DNA of 24,315 nt from Octopus sinensis (lineage: Eukaryota). The stretch covers positions 1-24,315 of the forward strand of contig NW_021836394.1 of the NCBI RefSeq assembly GCF_006345805.1, written 5' to 3'. A model generated the notes under the pieces. It saw only the letters and a list, made by a program, of their open reading frames with translations, did not search any database and was not told where the DNA came from. Shown in pieces: positions 21,896 through 24,315 of this stretch. Position 1 is the first letter of the stretch. Each line of letters opens with the position of its first letter. A program made the position numbers and the translations under genes.

Positions 21896-22278
21896 TCTCT
21901 CTCTATATAAACGACAGTTTGTCTGTCTGCGTGTCTGTGTGTCTGTCAGGTTGTACCCTCACCCTGACCACGGCTTTCAACCGATTCTGATGAAACTTGA
22001 CACACACATAGCCCAATGTCATAATTCAAAACTAACGCAGCGAAAATTTTGAAAAGTTCCCCCAGTTCTGAAAAAAATCGATAAATTCGACATGGGGTCG
22101 AGAATCAGAAACACAAACCACAGACTGTCATGGGGACGCAACTCGACCTTTTTAACTCTCCAAAAAAAAATTTACCATCATTTGTTTTCCATTTTTGCTA
22201 TTTTTTGGCTATAACTCTCTAAAATGCTTTATAGTTATTTCCCTTACAAACCCGAACAACGCCGGCCGATACTGCTTG
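21896..22278 (+). mobile_element. Non-autonomous Helitron, same 3' end as 20358-20648 but different body
   Basis: A|TC at 21896; hairpin CCCGAACAACGCCGGC; CTTG|T (variant of CTAG) at 22275-22278; last about 115 bp homologous to 20527-20648. Confidence 0.8.
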
Positions 22279-22619
22279 TTTAGGAATAAATGTCTCTCTT
22301 CGAAGATGAGAAAAATAATTACAATAACAGAAGTGGGAAAGATATGATGTATCGATTTGTTGTGATAGGATGTAGCCAATTTGGAAAGAGATCAACAATT
22401 GATATAAAAACATGAATTTTAATGACTGGGTGTCTTGTTGGAAAGGAACTTATTCTCTGAGGGTCCGTCGTGACCCCGAATATCTATTTTAGCGTCGTTA
22501 AATAGTTATGATATTAGAGCTATTCTTGTCTGTTCTCTCGTTATCACCGTTCATCTTATGACCACTAGCTATGCTAAACTGGCGCCACACGGAGAAAGAA
22601 CAAATATTTCGTTAAGTAT

Positions 22620-23007
22620 GGATGGAAGCACTCCGTCGGTTACGACGACGAGGGTTCCGGTTGATCCGATCAAACGGAACAGCCTGCTCGTGAAATTAAC
22701 GTGTAAGTGGCTGAGCACTCCACAGACACGTGTACCCTTAACGTAGTTCTCGGGGATATTCAGCGTGACACAGAGAGTGACAAGGCCGGCCCTTTGAAAT
22801 ACAGGTACAACAGAAACAGGAAGTAAGAGTGAGAGAAAGTTATGGTGAAAGAGTACAGCAGGGATCACCACCATCCCCTGCCGGAGCCTCGTGGAGCTTT
22901 AGGTGTTTTCGCTCAATAAACACTCACAACGCCCGGTCTGGGAATCGAAACCGCGATCCTACGACCGCGAGTCCGCTGCCCTAACCACTGGGCCATTGCG
23001 CCTCCAC
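22620..23007 (-). mobile_element. tRNA-derived SINE family C, full length, with 13-bp TSD
   Basis: Head TGGAGGCGCAATGGCCCAGTGGTTAGGGC..GGTTTCGATTCCC; TSD TTTCGTTAAGTAT at 22607-22619 and 23008-23020. Confidence 0.93.
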
Positions 23008-23040
23008 TTTCGTTAAGTATATAAGTATGTACGAATAATA

Positions 23041-23294
23041 AATAAATAAACGCGCCCTTTTAAAGCCTAGCCAGGCTCATGGGCCCGGTTTCCCGGTTTC
23101 AATGGCGCATGTGTTCCCCATGTGGATGGGACACCAGTCCATCACAGCGTTACTCATTTTTGCCAGCTGAAGACTGGACAACGTGAAATGAAGTGTTTTG
23201 CTCAAGAACACAACGCGTTGCCCGGTCCAGGAATCGAAACCACAATCTTACGACCATAATTCTGACACCTTAATCACTAAGCCATGCGCCTCCA
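23041..23294 (-). mobile_element. tRNA-derived SINE family D with (TTTA)n-type tail
   Basis: Head TGGAGGCGCATGGCTTAGTGATTAAGG..GGTTTCGATTCCT; central GTGTTCTTGAGCAAAACACTTCATTTCAC..GATGGACTGGTGTCCCATCC. Confidence 0.8.
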
Positions 23295-23319
23295 CATGTA
23301 CGTATACATACGCTATTTC

Positions 23320-24315
23320 ATATCACTGGCATCCAGTATCGTCTGCCTTTCAACAGTTTGAATACAAGGGATCATTATCTCGATATTTTTTCACTGTCCT
23401 TATACATTTATTGAATGTTGTCAAATCAACCCAATTATTAATGATATCCAATGAAGTATTATGTCTTGGGAAGTTCATTACGCCAATACTAATAACATAC
23501 GCATTGGCTGTAATGATCTTCCCAAGTCACTACAAAATCTGTTACAACACACCAATCCACACCAAGAATCTTGCAAGCCAAATCCATCCAAGTAATGTCT
23601 GGTTCTCTTCTACTTTTCCCATCCATTTTCCCTTTTATGAAAATTGTCTGAGACTTATTTATAATTAAGTTTCCTATATAATTTACTTTATTCTCATTTA
23701 AGATACCGAATACGATTTTCATTGCTTTTGTCTTTCTTCTCCTTTCCTCAATAGTATTGTGTTCTGTCCACCATTTTCTCAAATGTCTTCTCCTATATCT
23801 GCAGCCCCAGCTTTCGTTATTTATTTAAGAATACTTCCCTAATATCCATGCTTCAGTTCCATGCAATACCGTAGACCATAAATAATAACATTTTAATAAC
23901 CTTTTGCCTGGCTTTAAAATGAATCATTCTCCTTGTTAATATCTTGCCCCAGTCCTTCTTTTCATTTCCACTTCACATTCCTCGTTCTCTTATTCCGTAT
24001 ATCTCGAATACATAATCTTTGCTCTCTCTTTTCCCATGGCTCTCCCACACCATACACATCTAATATTTAGTTTGGGGATTTGTTTCCTTTTCTCTTTCTT
24101 CTTTCCTTCCTTTCTTTCTTCTTTCCTTCCTTTCTTTCTTCCTTCCTTCCTTTCTTTCTTTCATTCTTTCTGTCGTTCTTTCCATTGATTTTGTTTTCTT
24201 TACAACACATTTCAATTCGAGAGGACATTCTTTTGTCATTTATTATAGATACAAGGTTCCGTAGGTCATCTCTGTTCAAAGTTAATAAGGAAGTATCGTC
24301 CACATAGCTAAATAT
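23320..24315 (-). mobile_element. RTE-clade LINE remnant (RT motif to C-terminus), decayed, continuing beyond the window
   Basis: SYVDDTSLLTLNRDDLRNLV (YADD motif), CEVEMKRRTG, WSTVLHGTEAW, KGKMDGKSRREPDITWMD. Interrupted by (TTTC/TTCC)n at about 24085-24170. Confidence 0.8.
24085..24170. repeat. (TTTC/TTCC)n microsatellite inside the RTE remnant
   Basis: Read directly. Confidence 0.95.

Noticed and set aside
22455-22490. GGGTC/GACCC hairpin between CTCTGA and CGAAT
   Set aside because: Both core strands deviate and there is no stem III palindrome; too weak to call a ribozyme.
22920-23007. tRNA gene
   Set aside because: The tRNA-like head continues into a SINE body flanked by a TSD; no CCA-side acceptor stem or poly-T terminator. 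The same applies to the other SINE heads.

Overview
Eukaryotic, AT-rich window made almost entirely of microsatellites and transposable elements, with no confidently supported host gene. The SINE families and the (TA)/(CA)/(GATA)/(TATG) load look like an octopus (coleoid cephalopod) genome; this is recognition from memory, not a database search. Recognisable elements: a 2.36-kb 5'-truncated Tx1/L1-clade LINE inside a (TATC)n/(TC)n array, two RTE LINE remnants, a Penelope-like element (GIY-YIG end), an R2/Hero-type restriction-like endonuclease remnant, a broken Tc1 transposon, two non-autonomous Helitrons sharing a 3' end, a foldback-like element and about 13 tRNA-derived SINE loci of about 5 families. 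Nearly all long ORFs in the supplied track are microsatellite artefacts. Most interesting signals: (1) a possible LINE-SINE system, in which the Tx1 3' end (stem-loop + AATAAAGAA) is matched by the tail of a Deu/Nin-type SINE that joins other copies of itself at one fixed site; (2) several dispersed minimal type I hammerhead ribozyme motifs with palindromic stem III, one nearly intact at 9652-9706; (3) an inverted duplication of RTE sequence around the foldback element.
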